Source: Caldilineaceae bacterium
GTDB lineage: Bacteria; Chloroflexota; Anaerolineae; Caldilineales; Caldilineaceae
Length of the DNA stretch: 64,000 nt
Direction of reading: 5' to 3'
Assembly: GCA_965214715.1 (NCBI GenBank)
Contig: OZ243971.1
Span: 2,256,326 to 2,320,325 of the forward strand
How positions within the stretch are numbered: position 1 is the first letter of the stretch; each line of letters begins with the position of its first letter. Position numbers and translations under genes: made by a program. Below are positions 1 through 10,649 of the stretch, one piece after another. The notes below the pieces were generated by a model. The model was not told where the DNA came from. It did not search any database and saw only the letters and a list, made by a program, of their open reading frames with translations.

Positions 1-163
1 CGATGGCCTGGGTAATGGGAACCATCAACCCAAAACTCATCAGAATGCGCAGCAGATCGATCGGGCTCTTGCCCACGACCACTGCCAGATCACCCACGGT
101 GATGGGCGCCTCTATACAGACGGTGTCCTGTTCCGGCATTTCTTCTGCAAACTCTTCTTCCAT
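1..163 (-). CDS. infB: translation initiation factor IF-2, N-terminal end only (gene runs off the left edge)
   Basis: Minus-strand ATG at 163 preceded by GAAGGA. Translation MEEEFAEEMPEQDTVCIEAPITVGDLAVVVGKSPIDLLRILMSFGLMVPITQAI resembles the IF2 N-terminal motif. Conserved nusA-ylxR-infB gene order. Too short (54 codons) for the ORF track. Confidence 0.6.
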   Translation of the reverse strand, partial: MEEEFAEEMPEQDTVCIEAPITVGDLAVVVGKSPIDLLRILMSFGLMVPITQAI

Positions 164-295
164 CAATCCTTCGCTCCTCGGCCCTCTCTGTGGCACCACA
201 CCTCGGCAACAGCAATCCGGAGCCCCCATACCGGCCGGCCCCCTGTCGCAAGACAGGTAAGTTCTATGCGGGTTCCGGGCTGGCCATCGTGTCCA

Positions 296-646
296 TCATG
301 AATTTCCGGGTTTGGGGGCTTCTCCCAGACCTTCAAGATAATTCTGCAGATACCCTTTTTCGGCGGCTGTCAACCTGGCTTTGAGTGCCTGCTCAAGGGG
401 CGGGGTACGGCGCCCGGGCTTGCCGGCCGGGGACAATCCCAAGCCAATGGCCCAGCAATCCCGGTTGGCATGCAGATAAGCGCCGCGCCCGGACATTTTG
501 GAGGTGGGATCCACCAGGATACCCCCCGGGCTTTTCACGATCCGAATCAGGGAGCGCTTGTCCTGTACCTGCCGACAGGCGACACAGGTGCGCTGCGGAG
601 AGCGGCGGGGCCGCCCTGTCTGGAACTTCGCCATGTGCTGTCTCAC
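296..646 (-). CDS. ylxR: YlxR/RnpM family (DUF448) RNA-binding protein
   Basis: RTCVACRQVQDKRSLIRIV...DPTSKMSGRGAYLHANRDC matches the DUF448 Cys/GRGAY pattern. Sits directly downstream of nusA, overlapping its stop. Start may be 634 instead. Confidence 0.85.
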   Translation of the reverse strand: MRQHMAKFQTGRPRRSPQRTCVACRQVQDKRSLIRIVKSPGGILVDPTSKMSGRGAYLHANRDCWAIGLGLSPAGKPGRRTPPLEQALKARLTAAEKGYLQNYLEGLGEAPKPGNS

Positions 647-2388
647 TCATCCAGCAGGTCGTCAAAGCGGGCCGCATTGGGAGAACTTTCACGTCGCTTC
701 GTCCTGGGACCCGCGGAACGGCGTTTGCTCTCGTCCTCGTCCGCCTCCTCTTCTGCGGACCGGTTGCCCCGTCCTGCATCCATTTCATAACCGGCCAACA
801 GCTCTGGCGGAATTTCCATGTCTGCCAGGCTCTGGGCATCGGTCCGAGTCGCATCCCGGCGGGCTCTGAGCATGTCTGCCGTGATGATGGCCGGCAGTTC
901 TTCTTCGGGCACGACCGCAGGGGCATCTTCCAAGGCTGCCGTCTCCGTCTCAGCTTCGTGCTGCTGCTGCAGACTCTCGGTATATTCCTCGTAGGACATT
1001 TGTTCCAGGGCTTTCTGGGCAGCTTCCCTGAACGCGTCATCCACGGATACGGCAGGCCCGATTTCTGCAGGCTGGGCACTTTCCTGTGCGGCCGATTGCC
1101 ACTTCTCCTCGGCCTCGGAGACAAGGGGCTTGCCCAGAGCATCCTGCAGCACATCACTGAGTGCATCCGGTTTGTCGGCACCCTCTGCCGATGCCTCGTC
1201 GCGATCGGCCAGAATGCGGGCGGCCCGCTGCAGCGAATCGACCGATGCGGCCTGGCTCCGTGCCAGGTGGCGACTCGCCACAGCCAGCTGGTCGTGTTTG
1301 ATCATGTTCTGTTGGAGTTCAAACAGATCAATGCCTTCGCTCCGGGCTTCGGACTCGCTCTTGATGTCGATCCGCCAGCCGGTCAAACGGGCGGTCAGGC
1401 GGGCATTTTGCCCTGATCGACCGATAGCCAGACTCAGCTGGTCATCGGCGGCGACCACGGTCGCCGTGCGGTTGGTGCCATCTTCATGCAGGATCACTCC
1501 GGTGGCCTTGGCCGGACTGATGGCATTCAGGATATAGGTGTGGGGCTCTTCACTCCACTCCACCACATCTATCCGTTCCCCCGCCAGCTCGCTGACAATG
1601 TTCTTGATCCGGACCCCGCGCAGGCCGACGCAGCTGCCCACCGGATCCACATTGTCTACCGTGGCGATGACCGCCACCTTGCTGCGGGCCCCGGGTTCGC
1701 GCACAATGTTCTTGATTTCCACGATGCCTTCCCGCAATTCCGGAATCTCCTGTTCCAGCAGTCGGCGCAGCAGGTTGCGGTGGGTGCGGCTCAGCTTGAC
1801 GTAGGGACCGCGGTTGTCCTTTTCGACCTTCTCCACATAGAGCTTGATGTAATCGCCGCGCCGCAAACGATCGTTGGGAATCTGCTCCTCGCGCTTGAGG
1901 ACAAATTCGGAGCGATCATTGACCGTGACGGTTACCGTGTTGGACATGGAGTCCACACTGCGCACCTGGGCACTGATGATTTCCCCGACCCGATCTTTGT
2001 ATGTTTGGTAAATGATGTTGCGTTCGGCTTCCCGGATATGCTGGATGATGACCTGCTTGGCCGTTTGCACGGCAATCCGCGTGATATCCTCCGGCTGGAT
2101 TTCAATCAGCACCAGATCCCCTTCTTCTGCGGCCGGATCCACGGTGTAGGCATCTTCAAAGTTGATCATGGTGCGGTCATCCAGCACCTCGTCCGTGACC
2201 TCCTTTTCCACGAAAAGGCTGGACTCGCCGGTCACGCGGTCCACTTTGGCGACCACATTGGACAACAAACCGTTGCGATTGCGGTAGGTGGAGGCCAAAG
2301 CGGCCTCGATAGCCTCAAAAATGACGTTGGTGTCCAAGGCCCGCTCGGCCGCGACAGCCTTGATGCCAACTACCAGTTCCTTGTTCAT
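643..2388 (-). CDS. nusA: transcription termination/antitermination factor NusA with a long acidic C-terminal tail
   Basis: [37 protein letters not shown]-terminus, then S1 and KH regions ([30 protein letters not shown]). Start trimmed from the ORF-track 2457 to the ATG at 2388. Confidence 0.95.
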   Translation of the reverse strand: MNKELVVGIKAVAAERALDTNVIFEAIEAALASTYRNRNGLLSNVVAKVDRVTGESSLFVEKEVTDEVLDDRTMINFEDAYTVDPAAEEGDLVLIEIQPEDITRIAVQTAKQVIIQHIREAERNIIYQTYKDRVGEIISAQVRSVDSMSNTVTVTVNDRSEFVLKREEQIPNDRLRRGDYIKLYVEKVEKDNRGPYVKLSRTHRNLLRRLLEQEIPELREGIVEIKNIVREPGARSKVAVIATVDNVDPVGSCVGLRGVRIKNIVSELAGERIDVVEWSEEPHTYILNAISPAKATGVILHEDGTNRTATVVAADDQLSLAIGRSGQNARLTARLTGWRIDIKSESEARSEGIDLFELQQNMIKHDQLAVASRHLARSQAASVDSLQRAARILADRDEASAEGADKPDALSDVLQDALGKPLVSEAEEKWQSAAQESAQPAEIGPAVSVDDAFREAAQKALEQMSYEEYTESLQQQHEAETETAALEDAPAVVPEEELPAIITADMLRARRDATRTDAQSLADMEIPPELLAGYEMDAGRGNRSAEEEADEDESKRRSAGPRTKRRESSPNAARFDDLLDE

Positions 2389-2651
2389 TGCCTCATTTGC
2401 CTCAGCGGCTATGCCGCAATACGGCCCCTTAAATACACAAAAAGTGGGATTCCCCACTCTACGTTACAAACTCCGCATACCTCTAGTTTGCACCGGAGGG
2501 GGTTGCACACGGCCGAAGCCAGGATGCTTCCCAGCGCAAGGATTATAACCCATCGGGAGGTCTCCGTTTGTATGAGGAGATGGAAATTGCCAGACAGGTG
2601 CAGAATGCGGGCTGCCTGGCCCGGCGCGCCTGCAGGATCCGAGGTCCTGGA

Positions 2652-3503
2652 TCAGGCCCCGAAAGAGGCAAGGCGCAGATAGGAGAGCAGGCCCAGTCCC
2701 AGCATCAGGCAGTAGCCCGCGAAGGGCATCAAGCTGTGCCGACGCACGAAATGCATCAGGAACCGGATCGTCAGGACCCCGGTCAAGGCACTGGCCAGAA
2801 AGGAAACGGCCAGTGGCCAGCTCAGAGTGGCCAGCCCCAATGTCGGATCGGCCAAAACACGGCGGAATTCCAGCAGGCCGGCCCCCAGCATGATGGGCAG
2901 GCCCATGAGAAAGCTGAAGCGGGCCACGCCCGGCCGCTCCAGAGACTGCGCATGCCCCATCGCTATCGTGGCACCGCTGCGGCTTATGCCCGGGACCAGC
3001 GCCAGTGCCTGACCCAAGCCCATCCATACGGCATGCAGCCAGGTCATTTCCTCCATGTAACGATACTGTGCGCGCCAGTGGGCGATCAGTTCGCTCCCTC
3101 CCAAAAGCAAGGCGGTGATGCAAAGACCGTAGGCTGCCGTGACCGGACTGGACATGGCCGTGGCCAAAAATGGCTGCAGGTAATAACCGGCGGCCACGAC
3201 CGGGATTGCGGCCAGACAGATGAAATATCCTTCACGGGCCTGGTAACTGGCCCAGCGCCTGTGGGCCAGCGTTCGCCACATGTCGCGGGCCATCCCCTGC
3301 AGGTTCCGCCGGAACACCCAGACCACAGAGAGCAGAGTGCCCAGATGTACCACCATGGCCGTCAACAGCGAAGGCGGGGACCATTGCAGCAGCGTGGGCA
3401 GGATTACCAAATGACCGCTGGACGAAATGGGCAGGAATTCGGTCAGACCTTGCAGAATGCCCAATACCAGGGCCTGGTACAGCTCAGGCACATCCGCAAA
3501 CAT
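2652..3503 (-). CDS. uppP: undecaprenyl-diphosphate phosphatase
   Basis: ALVLGILQGLTEFLPISSSGHLVI signature and GISRSGATI motif, multi-TM protein. Start trimmed to the ATG at 3503 (MFADVPELYQ). Confidence 0.9.
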   Translation of the reverse strand: MFADVPELYQALVLGILQGLTEFLPISSSGHLVILPTLLQWSPPSLLTAMVVHLGTLLSVVWVFRRNLQGMARDMWRTLAHRRWASYQAREGYFICLAAIPVVAAGYYLQPFLATAMSSPVTAAYGLCITALLLGGSELIAHWRAQYRYMEEMTWLHAVWMGLGQALALVPGISRSGATIAMGHAQSLERPGVARFSFLMGLPIMLGAGLLEFRRVLADPTLGLATLSWPLAVSFLASALTGVLTIRFLMHFVRRHSLMPFAGYCLMLGLGLLSYLRLASFGA

Positions 3504-3511
3504 GATGAGTC

Positions 3512-4696
3512 TCAGCGGTCCGGTGCGGTGTTCTGGCGTTGGGATTTCATTCGGGGCTGCACTCTTTGGGCATGGCGGGCAGTCTGGTCCGGAATGCGGT
3601 ACCGCGCGTGGAATGCTTGCCGAAACTCGGTCCAGTGCTGGCTCTGAATCGCCTGTCGGATGTCCTGCATCAGGGTTTGCATGAAAGTCACATTGTGAAT
3701 CGTACACAGACGCAGGCCGGAAATCTCCTTGCAGCGGGTGAGATGGTGCAGATAGGCCCGCGAAAAGTGCTGACAGGTGTAGCAGCCGCAGTCGTGCTGC
3801 ACCGGGATTTCGGCTGTGGCATGGACCGCATTCCGCAGATTCAGGCGCCCGGTCGGGTGCAGCACGGCCCCATTGCGGGCGATGCGGGTGGGCATAACAC
3901 AGTCGAAGAGGTCTACCCCGTGGTGCACGGCTTCCACGATATCGTCCGGAGCACCTATCCCCATAAGGTATCTGGGGCTGTGTTCGGGCAGGACCGGGCA
4001 GGTAAAGGCCAGCGTGCGGTACATTTCCTGTTTCGTCTCGCCTACTGACAGCCCGCCAATGGCCAGGCCCGCAAAATCGAGTTGGGCCAGGAAGGTGGCA
4101 CTGGCGACGCGCAAGTCCTCATGAACCCCCCCCTGTACGATGCCAAACAGGGCCTGATCCGCCCGGGTGTGCACTTCACGGCATGCCGTGGCCCAGCGGT
4201 GGGTACGGGCCAGCGCCACCTGCAGGTAGTCACGGTCGTGCGGAGGCGCGCATTCATCCAGGACCATGGCGATGTCCGGGCCCAGACTCTCCTGAATTTC
4301 CATGGCCAAGGCAGGCGTGTACTGGTGCCAACTGCCATCCAGATGTGACTGAAACGTGATACCGGCATCGTCCAGGCGGCGCCGGTGGGCCAGACTGAAA
4401 ATCTGAAAGCCGCCCGAGTCGGTCAGGATGGGTCCGGGCCATTGCATGAATTCATGCAGCCCCCCTAAGGTCTGTATCAGACGATGACCCGGTCGCAGGT
4501 ACAGGTGATAGGCATTGGCCAAAATCAGGTTGCAGCCGGCCGCTTGCAAGTCCCGCGGCTCCAGTGTCTTGACGGTAGCCTGTGTGCCTACCGGGGCAAA
4601 GGCCGGGGTATGCAATGGACCATGCGCTGTCTGCAATGCGGCGTGGCGGGCCTGCCCCTGGCGGGCCAGAATATCAAACGTGCATGACGGGCGCAT
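3512..4696 (-). CDS. tgt: queuine tRNA-ribosyltransferase
   Basis: ARHAALQTAHGPLHTPAFAPVGTQATVKT, TDSGGFQIFSL, GLAIGGLSVGE and the C-terminal CxCxxC...H zinc motif (CGCYTCQHFSRAYLHHL). Start at ATG 4696. Confidence 0.95.
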   Translation of the reverse strand: MRPSCTFDILARQGQARHAALQTAHGPLHTPAFAPVGTQATVKTLEPRDLQAAGCNLILANAYHLYLRPGHRLIQTLGGLHEFMQWPGPILTDSGGFQIFSLAHRRRLDDAGITFQSHLDGSWHQYTPALAMEIQESLGPDIAMVLDECAPPHDRDYLQVALARTHRWATACREVHTRADQALFGIVQGGVHEDLRVASATFLAQLDFAGLAIGGLSVGETKQEMYRTLAFTCPVLPEHSPRYLMGIGAPDDIVEAVHHGVDLFDCVMPTRIARNGAVLHPTGRLNLRNAVHATAEIPVQHDCGCYTCQHFSRAYLHHLTRCKEISGLRLCTIHNVTFMQTLMQDIRQAIQSQHWTEFRQAFHARYRIPDQTARHAQRVQPRMKSQRQNTAPDR

Positions 4697-4800
4697 GAGC
4701 AAAAGGCGATTGTGGCAGCACTGGGAGAAGGCCAGCGATTTCGCGTGCAACCCCTACGAAATCTATAATCAAAGGGCCTTCATATGCGTCAAGACCAAGG

Positions 4801-5169
4801 ATGATGCACGGCATGGGCGAGGAAATACAGCGTCAACGCCGCCGATTCAATCGGGCCTGGGAAGTGTTGAGCGAGCTTCCTTTTCCAGAGGTTTCCTGCG
4901 AACGCCTGCGGGACCTGCACAACGACATCAGTCAATATGATGTCGAGACGGTCAAGTTCATTCAGCAGTGGCGCACAGCTCCCCCGCACGAATTGGAGGA
5001 AGACCAGGATCTGGGTCAGGCGCTGTCCGCTTTCAAGTCCCGTACTCCTCTGGAAGTGGAAGGTCGCAGATCCCTGCTCACCTACAAGAACAAGGTAGAC
5101 GCTCTGATTCGAGAATACAACCTGCTCACCCGACTCCTGCAGGGACGGTCCCCGGCAGAGATCGCCTAG
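4801..5169 (+). CDS. hypothetical protein (122 aa)
   Basis: Open frame with ordinary amino-acid composition, divergent from tgt. No family recognised. The 3' end overlaps the convergent tag gene by about 44 nt. Confidence 0.4.
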   Translation: MMHGMGEEIQRQRRRFNRAWEVLSELPFPEVSCERLRDLHNDISQYDVETVKFIQQWRTAPPHELEEDQDLGQALSAFKSRTPLEVEGRRSLLTYKNKVDALIREYNLLTRLLQGRSPAEIA

Positions 5170-5770
5170 TGCAGGGATATACCTGTAGCATATCCGTACA
5201 GGCCGCGGCCCGAAAGCACGCCGGGGCATGGTCCATCACGAATCCGGTAGCCTGCATAAAAGCGTAACAGACCACGGGGCCGGTGAACTGGAAACCGGCC
5301 TGTTTCAGGCCCAGGGCCATGGCTTGGGCCTCGGGCGAGGTGGTCGGGCCGGTGCCCCGGATGATGGGCCGGTAATCCACATACTGCAGCAGCCACTGTC
5401 GGAAACTGCCTTCGCGCCGACACAGGGCCAGATAGGCTTGGGCGTTGCTGATGGTGGCCCGGATCTTGGACTGGTTCCGCACGATGCCCGGATCGGACAT
5501 CAGGGTTTGCACCTTGTGTTCGTCGTACGCGGCCACGGCTACGGGATTCAAGCCGTCAAATGCGGCCAGGAAACGATCCCGTTTCTCCAGAATCATCCGC
5601 CAGGAAAGTCCGGCTTGAAACGTGTCCAGCACCAGCTTGGCCCAAAGGTCCGGATCCGATTCGACGGGCACCCCCCATTCCTGATCATGGTACGCTGCCA
5701 TGGCCGCCCCGGCGTAGGCCCAGGCACACCGGCACAACCCGTCTTTCCCGATTCGGACCGGATTCGGCAT
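5126..5770 (-). CDS. tag: DNA-3-methyladenine glycosylase I
   Basis: RCAWA...YHDQEWGVPVESDPDLWAKLVLDTFQAGLSWRMILEKRDRFLAAF is the Tag signature. Start at ATG 5770 inside the long ORF-track frame 5126..6562. Confidence 0.9.
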   Translation of the reverse strand: MPNPVRIGKDGLCRCAWAYAGAAMAAYHDQEWGVPVESDPDLWAKLVLDTFQAGLSWRMILEKRDRFLAAFDGLNPVAVAAYDEHKVQTLMSDPGIVRNQSKIRATISNAQAYLALCRREGSFRQWLLQYVDYRPIIRGTGPTTSPEAQAMALGLKQAGFQFTGPVVCYAFMQATGFVMDHAPACFRAAACTDMLQVYPCTRRSLPGTVPAGVG

Positions 5771-5787
5771 ATTGTGGCTTCCCGACT

Positions 5788-6642
5788 TCAGCGCACGACC
5801 AGCACGATGCCGGTCAGGGTCAGACCCACGCCCAGGAGAGTATAGCCGTTTGGCAGCTCGGCAAAGAGCGCCGCGCCGGCCAGCAACGCGATCATCACTT
5901 CCTGCATGGCCAGGAGATTGACCACGGTGGCGTTGAGGTAACGCAACGCGGCATTGTACAAGGTGTGCCCCAGGCCCATGGGAATGAGGCCGGCCCCTAC
6001 CACGCTCACGATCGACTTCCAGGTATATCCCTGCGGCGAGAAGGTAAGCAGCGCAAAGGGCAGCGTGCAGACCGCCCCCAGCAAATAGACCGTTCCCGCA
6101 TAGGCAAAGAGGTCCGTCTGTGCGCGTTGGTGCCGACCGGCCACGCTGTAGATGGCGAAAGTCAGGGCGCTGCCCAAAGCCAACAGGTCCCCCCACAGCA
6201 TGGACCGGGTCATGTTCGGTTCGAATCCTGTCAGCCACACCAGACCGGTCAAGGACAGAACCACGCCCGTCCACTGGCTGCGATTCAGATTTTCCCGCAG
6301 CGCGAACCGGGAGAGCAAGGCAATGAAAACGACCGAAGAGTACACCAGGGTCAAGGCATGCGCCAGCGTGGTAAAGCGAATCGCGGCGACATAGGCCAGA
6401 AAATGCAGGCTCAGAGTCAGACCCAGGAGCCCGTACAGGGCCGGACTCTGGCGCCAGGGCAACGGCGCGCGGCGCCATCCCGCCACGGCCAGCACGGCCA
6501 GTCCTCCGATGAAGAGGCGGCCAAACGCAATCTCGGAGGAAGTCAGCGTCTCGGTGGCCCACCGCGTAAAGACGGGACTGGAACCAAACAGCAAGGCTGC
6601 CAGACCCGCAAAAAGGTATCCCTTGCGCCTTGGGGCCACCAT
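5788..6642 (-). CDS. EamA/DMT-family transporter
   Basis: 284 aa with about 10 hydrophobic helices in two halves, typical of EamA repeats. Lies 17 nt upstream of tag. Confidence 0.85.
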   Translation of the reverse strand: MVAPRRKGYLFAGLAALLFGSSPVFTRWATETLTSSEIAFGRLFIGGLAVLAVAGWRRAPLPWRQSPALYGLLGLTLSLHFLAYVAAIRFTTLAHALTLVYSSVVFIALLSRFALRENLNRSQWTGVVLSLTGLVWLTGFEPNMTRSMLWGDLLALGSALTFAIYSVAGRHQRAQTDLFAYAGTVYLLGAVCTLPFALLTFSPQGYTWKSIVSVVGAGLIPMGLGHTLYNAALRYLNATVVNLLAMQEVMIALLAGAALFAELPNGYTLLGVGLTLTGIVLVVR

Positions 6643-6667
6643 GGCAAGAGACTACGCGCGGCGCCTG

Positions 6668-6793
6668 TTATTGAAAGACACCGCTGATCCCCCCCAGTAC
6701 CATACTCAGGATGATAAGGGAGCTGAACCCGATCACGACCCATTTGGTCGATCGGGAAAAACCTTGCTGGCTTTGCCTGTTTTTCTTGGCCAT
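6668..6793 (-). CDS. possible 41-aa single-pass membrane peptide
   Basis: Hand translation gives MAKKNRQSQQGFSRSTKWVVIGFSSLIILSMVLGGISGVFQ*. Basic N-terminus followed by one TM helix. Weak RBS. Below the ORF-track size cut-off. Confidence 0.3.
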   Translation of the reverse strand: MAKKNRQSQQGFSRSTKWVVIGFSSLIILSMVLGGISGVFQ

Positions 6794-7142
6794 GATCTCT
6801 GTCCACACTGAGCAAGACTGCACACCCGCGGCGCGGCATCCTGAACATTATCCATCATGGGGCCAGATTGCCGCATACAGGCCCAGACCAAGGCAAACGC
6901 AAGATGGGCTACCACCTCACCCCTGGAGCCTGCAGTCGAGGCCCGTTGGCGTTGGCCCGGGATGCACCCGCGGGTCGTTTTCGCCTGTGGCCGCCGATTG
7001 AGCGCCCCGCGGCGCGGGAGAGCCGGATGAGGCCGCTCCCGGACACCAAGCCATCTGTCCCACAGGGGATATCCCGTGTGGGACCGTCACGGAAAGCCAT
7101 GCGACTGTTTTGCCAGGCCGACAGAAGCGTCTGCCTCCCTAG

Positions 7143-8133
7143 TCAATGTGAAATGCCTATCATCTCAAAACATATACCAGGAGTATCAGCAAAATCAACA
7201 CCTAGGTTCTGTGCCCAATGTCGAGCCAAGTGATTGAGTTTGATCGAGTCACCGACACCGGCAACTTTGTCCCGCTGTTTTGCAGGACCAGGCCTGTCGC
7301 TATTCTCGGCCTGACTGATTGCATAGACTGCTTTGGCATATGTATACCAGACAAATCTCAAGCCAATGTGACCATCACAGGCCCATCTAACTTCAGTGGG
7401 GGATGATGCTTGTGCTACATCAAGCCAATGTGCAAATTGGCTTGCAAGGTTCTCGATAGTGTCCGCACTCAAGTTGCTATGCCTAGCCAAGGCCGCTTTC
7501 CAACAATCAGTGTTCCACAGAATTACAGAGGCTGAGAGTTCTATCGGTTCCCAATGGATGGTGCGACGCACAAGTGGCAGCTGACCCAACCGGTACGCAG
7601 CCAACCCCAGCGCACATGCGGTGCTGATTATCATTGGGAAGTTTTCCCGCAGACACTCCAGTGCTGTCTGTGCAATGCTGCCATCCAGCGAAAAGTCACT
7701 TAACGGTTTCCGAAAAACGTCAAAATCAAGCAAGTAATTTTCGATTGAGTGCCCGCGTGACCATACCAGTCTATCCATCTGACGCTGTGCACCCAAGGAA
7801 TCGACAATGGCATTGTCGATTCTGAATTCCCTGAATTCGCGGTCGACGAACCCAACGAATCTATCCCGAAATGGCGTGCCGGAGATCAATGCACTGACTT
7901 TTTCGACCTTCTCTCTATTGCCCTTCTCCCGGAGTTTCAGACTTTATGTATTCGGCAGTCCTGATTACTGCCTGTGACTGCGCAGCGTCGGGAAGACCCT
8001 TTGCTTCTCCCATGGCTTCAGAAAGGAGCATGAAGAATCTCTCGTCCTGACGCCCTTCCAACAAGATATGGGACTTCTGGGAAATCCGCACTTCAGTTGC
8101 GAACTCATCATAGGTTAACTGTAGGCCCGGCAT
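7143..8133 (-). pseudogene. Toprim/DUF4435-like nuclease (AriB-like), split by one frameshift near 7900-7940
   Basis: The N-fragment (8133..7915) has HILLEGRQDERFF. The C-fragment (open from about 7943 in another frame) has FVDREFREF and RGHSIENYLLD. I recall these as OLD/DUF4435 Toprim motifs. The two pieces are in different frames with no intact alternative. Confidence 0.6.
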
Positions 8134-8175
8134 TGTGCAGTACAGGCGGAAACAGCTGAATCCAACTCGCCTTCT

Positions 8176-9611
8176 TTAGTTGCTGACCAATTCGGAAATT
8201 GCGTTCACCGCTGATGGAGTCGACTCCGGGGATAATTCAATCATCCGCTCTTGATACTGGGCACCGATTATGGGTGAATGCGTACATACAATCAATTGTT
8301 TTGACGGGAGCTGCTTCTTCATGGCATCGATAATTTTGCGTTGCCAATCAATATGAAGTGACAGTTCGGGCTCATCTACAAGGATCGTGCTGCTCTTGTC
8401 AATGCGGGAGGCAGAGTAGATGAGTCCTGCAATCTGACGTTCCCCAGACGACAGTGTTTCCAGTGAGTTCAACTCGCCGTCACTGTGCCGGATCTGCAAT
8501 GAGGGTGTTGAATCAGTATCTTGCCGCAAAGCAGTCCCTAACTGCTTTCCTTCCAGAAAACAGTTGACTGCATCAATGTATGCACGAACTGCGTCAAACT
8601 CATGTATGAGGTTTTGGTAACGTTGATCAAGTATCTCTTCATATACACGCAGCACTCTGGTGGTCGTATCTTGCTCCTCCTGATTTAGCAGCTCCGTCGA
8701 ACCAAGCTGGGATTTCAGATCCTCGAATGTGGAATCACGGTCCAACAATCCGTACTCCTCTTGCGTTTGCTGGAGTTGTTCCAACATTTCCTCAATGCGC
8801 ATCCTGATGGTCTCTGGAGTTCTTGCATCTTGACCGGTCGGAATGGAATCCTGACTAATTGTTGCAAAAACTCTGTTGAAGGCTTCGGATAGAAGAGTTC
8901 TGTCGTCACGGGCCAGGCGGCTGACTGCCTTCTGTATATCTTGATCGAGAGTGCGTTGAATATCCCGAGGAGACGGGTAATCGATTGAAGGTACAAATTC
9001 GCCGAAAACCTCACGGGCAATTATGGTTTGGGAATCCAATTCTGCAGCCGCGCGGCGTGCAACATAAGGTTTGGCCAGTCGAGTTTGGGACCGGGCCTCT
9101 GCGAAAATCCGGGAATTCCGGAGACGCCCACTGCGGAGGAGGTCTGTGGGATCGATAAGGGACCAAGCCTCTTGCATGAAGCGAAAGGCTGGAAAATAGG
9201 TCGCCTTTATACTGTACTTTTTTTGTAGGACTCGATTAGCTCGACTGAAAAGTACCTTCGTGGCTCTATGCCATTGGACTCGAGAGGCAAGGCAGCAATC
9301 TGATCACCGTCTATTCGGAGTCTCACCGCGGAATCGCGGTCACGATCCAGTCTGCATGACTCATATTCGATGTATGGTCCGTCTGCAACATGCAGCTGGA
9401 TTGTCTTGAAAGACAATGCCGCAAATCGTTCCAGGTCCAGATTGGCCGCGTTCGTCAAAATATGGAGCAAGGTCGTTTTGCCAGAGCCGTTGACACCGTA
9501 AACGATATTGACTCCTTCAGAGAATGCTATGTCCAAGTCGAATTTCCCGTGGAGACCAACGACTTTTAGATGCTTCAGGTATTGGGACATATCTTCAGGA
9601 AGTGGACGCAT
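8176..9611 (-). pseudogene. ABC/SMC-type ATPase (AriA-like), split at an A7 run
   Basis: The N-fragment has Walker A GVNGSGKTTLLHIL. The C-fragment has LSSGERQ signature, ILVDEPELSLH Walker B and CTHSP H-loop. The frames differ by one nt at minus-strand AAAAAAA (9218-9224). Start is 9611 or 9590. Confidence 0.7.
9218..9224 (-). other. A7 run at the break point of the ATPase gene
   Basis: Zero frame reads TAC AAA AAA AGT ACA GTA TAA. The -1 frame reads AAG TAC AGT ATA AAG... and continues open into MQEAWSLIDP. Confidence 0.8.
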
Positions 9612-9997
9612 TATGCATTCAAAGCAAGCTCGCACTTCATTATAGGCTGGGTCCGCTATGGGCAAACGCGTGGGTGGGACATCGTGAGGACAACGACACA
9701 ATGGCCGCATCGGACAACCACAACGTGCCTAACCAAACAACCCATTGAAGCCCACGACTACCAAGACAAGAAGCGGCAACCGTCCGTGGGACTCGTACCG
9801 CCTGAAAACGACAGGGATTCGGCTACACTCAAGACTCTCACTGGACCCGCAGCTACAGTAGACTGGAAAATGGAACATACCTTCTTTGAGATGCCTACAG
9901 TGCCACTCCAGGTCCACGAGTGCATTAACCCCTATACCATTCAGACCGCACGAAAACAGTGGCTCTGTGCAGTGCAGCCAAGGCAATCGCAAAGTCA

Positions 9998-10300
9998 TCA
10001 AAAGCCCCGGATTTGCTCCCTGCAGGCCAGATTGCGGCCGGCCTTGAGACGCCGGTTTTCCATGCCCCAGTGACCGCAGAGGGCAGCCCGCAGGGAATTC
10101 GGCTCCCTCCGCCCGCAGGGTCTGCGTACTCTCTTTCCGGGTGCCCATGGCATCCAGCATGACGATGCAGCCCGCCAGCGGCGGGCGAGTCCAGACTCGC
10201 CACCCACCAGGCCAAGGGGACCTCCGGCCGTTGCGGATCCCGCATCTGCGAGACCCGATCGTAAGGTGTCGTGGGCAGGAATGCCATGCGGCAAGGCCAG
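9998..10300 (-). mobile_element. heavily deleted ISAs1-family transposase relic
   Basis: GIPAHDTL (compare GIPSHDTF), MLDAMGTRKE (compare DAMGCQ) and GHWGMEN (compare HWGIEN) are compressed into about 300 nt in mixed frames. Confidence 0.45.
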
Positions 10301-10649
10301 CCACGTGGCAACCCAGGCCTGAGGGTCACGCCCGAATTCCGCGATGCCGGCATCACGGAACTGACGCCGCCTATGCAGGCACAGACGGCAATGCTGGGCA
10401 TGTCCGACAGCAGATGCCGCTTGGGGCGTGGCGGAAGTCCTCGATTGCGGTGACCAGGAAATGCCCTGCGCTTTTGGGCTTATGTGTGCTCTTGGGTGTG
10501 TATGGAACTCCTGCCGACCTTGTCCCCTCCTGGGACTCCGATGCGCGACTTTGCGATTGCCCTGGACCGGCTGCCGTCCTGAATCGGTTCCGCCCAGCCT
10601 GTGCTAGACTGACTGAACGATACCCATTGCCTTCCGACCCTGCCAGGAT

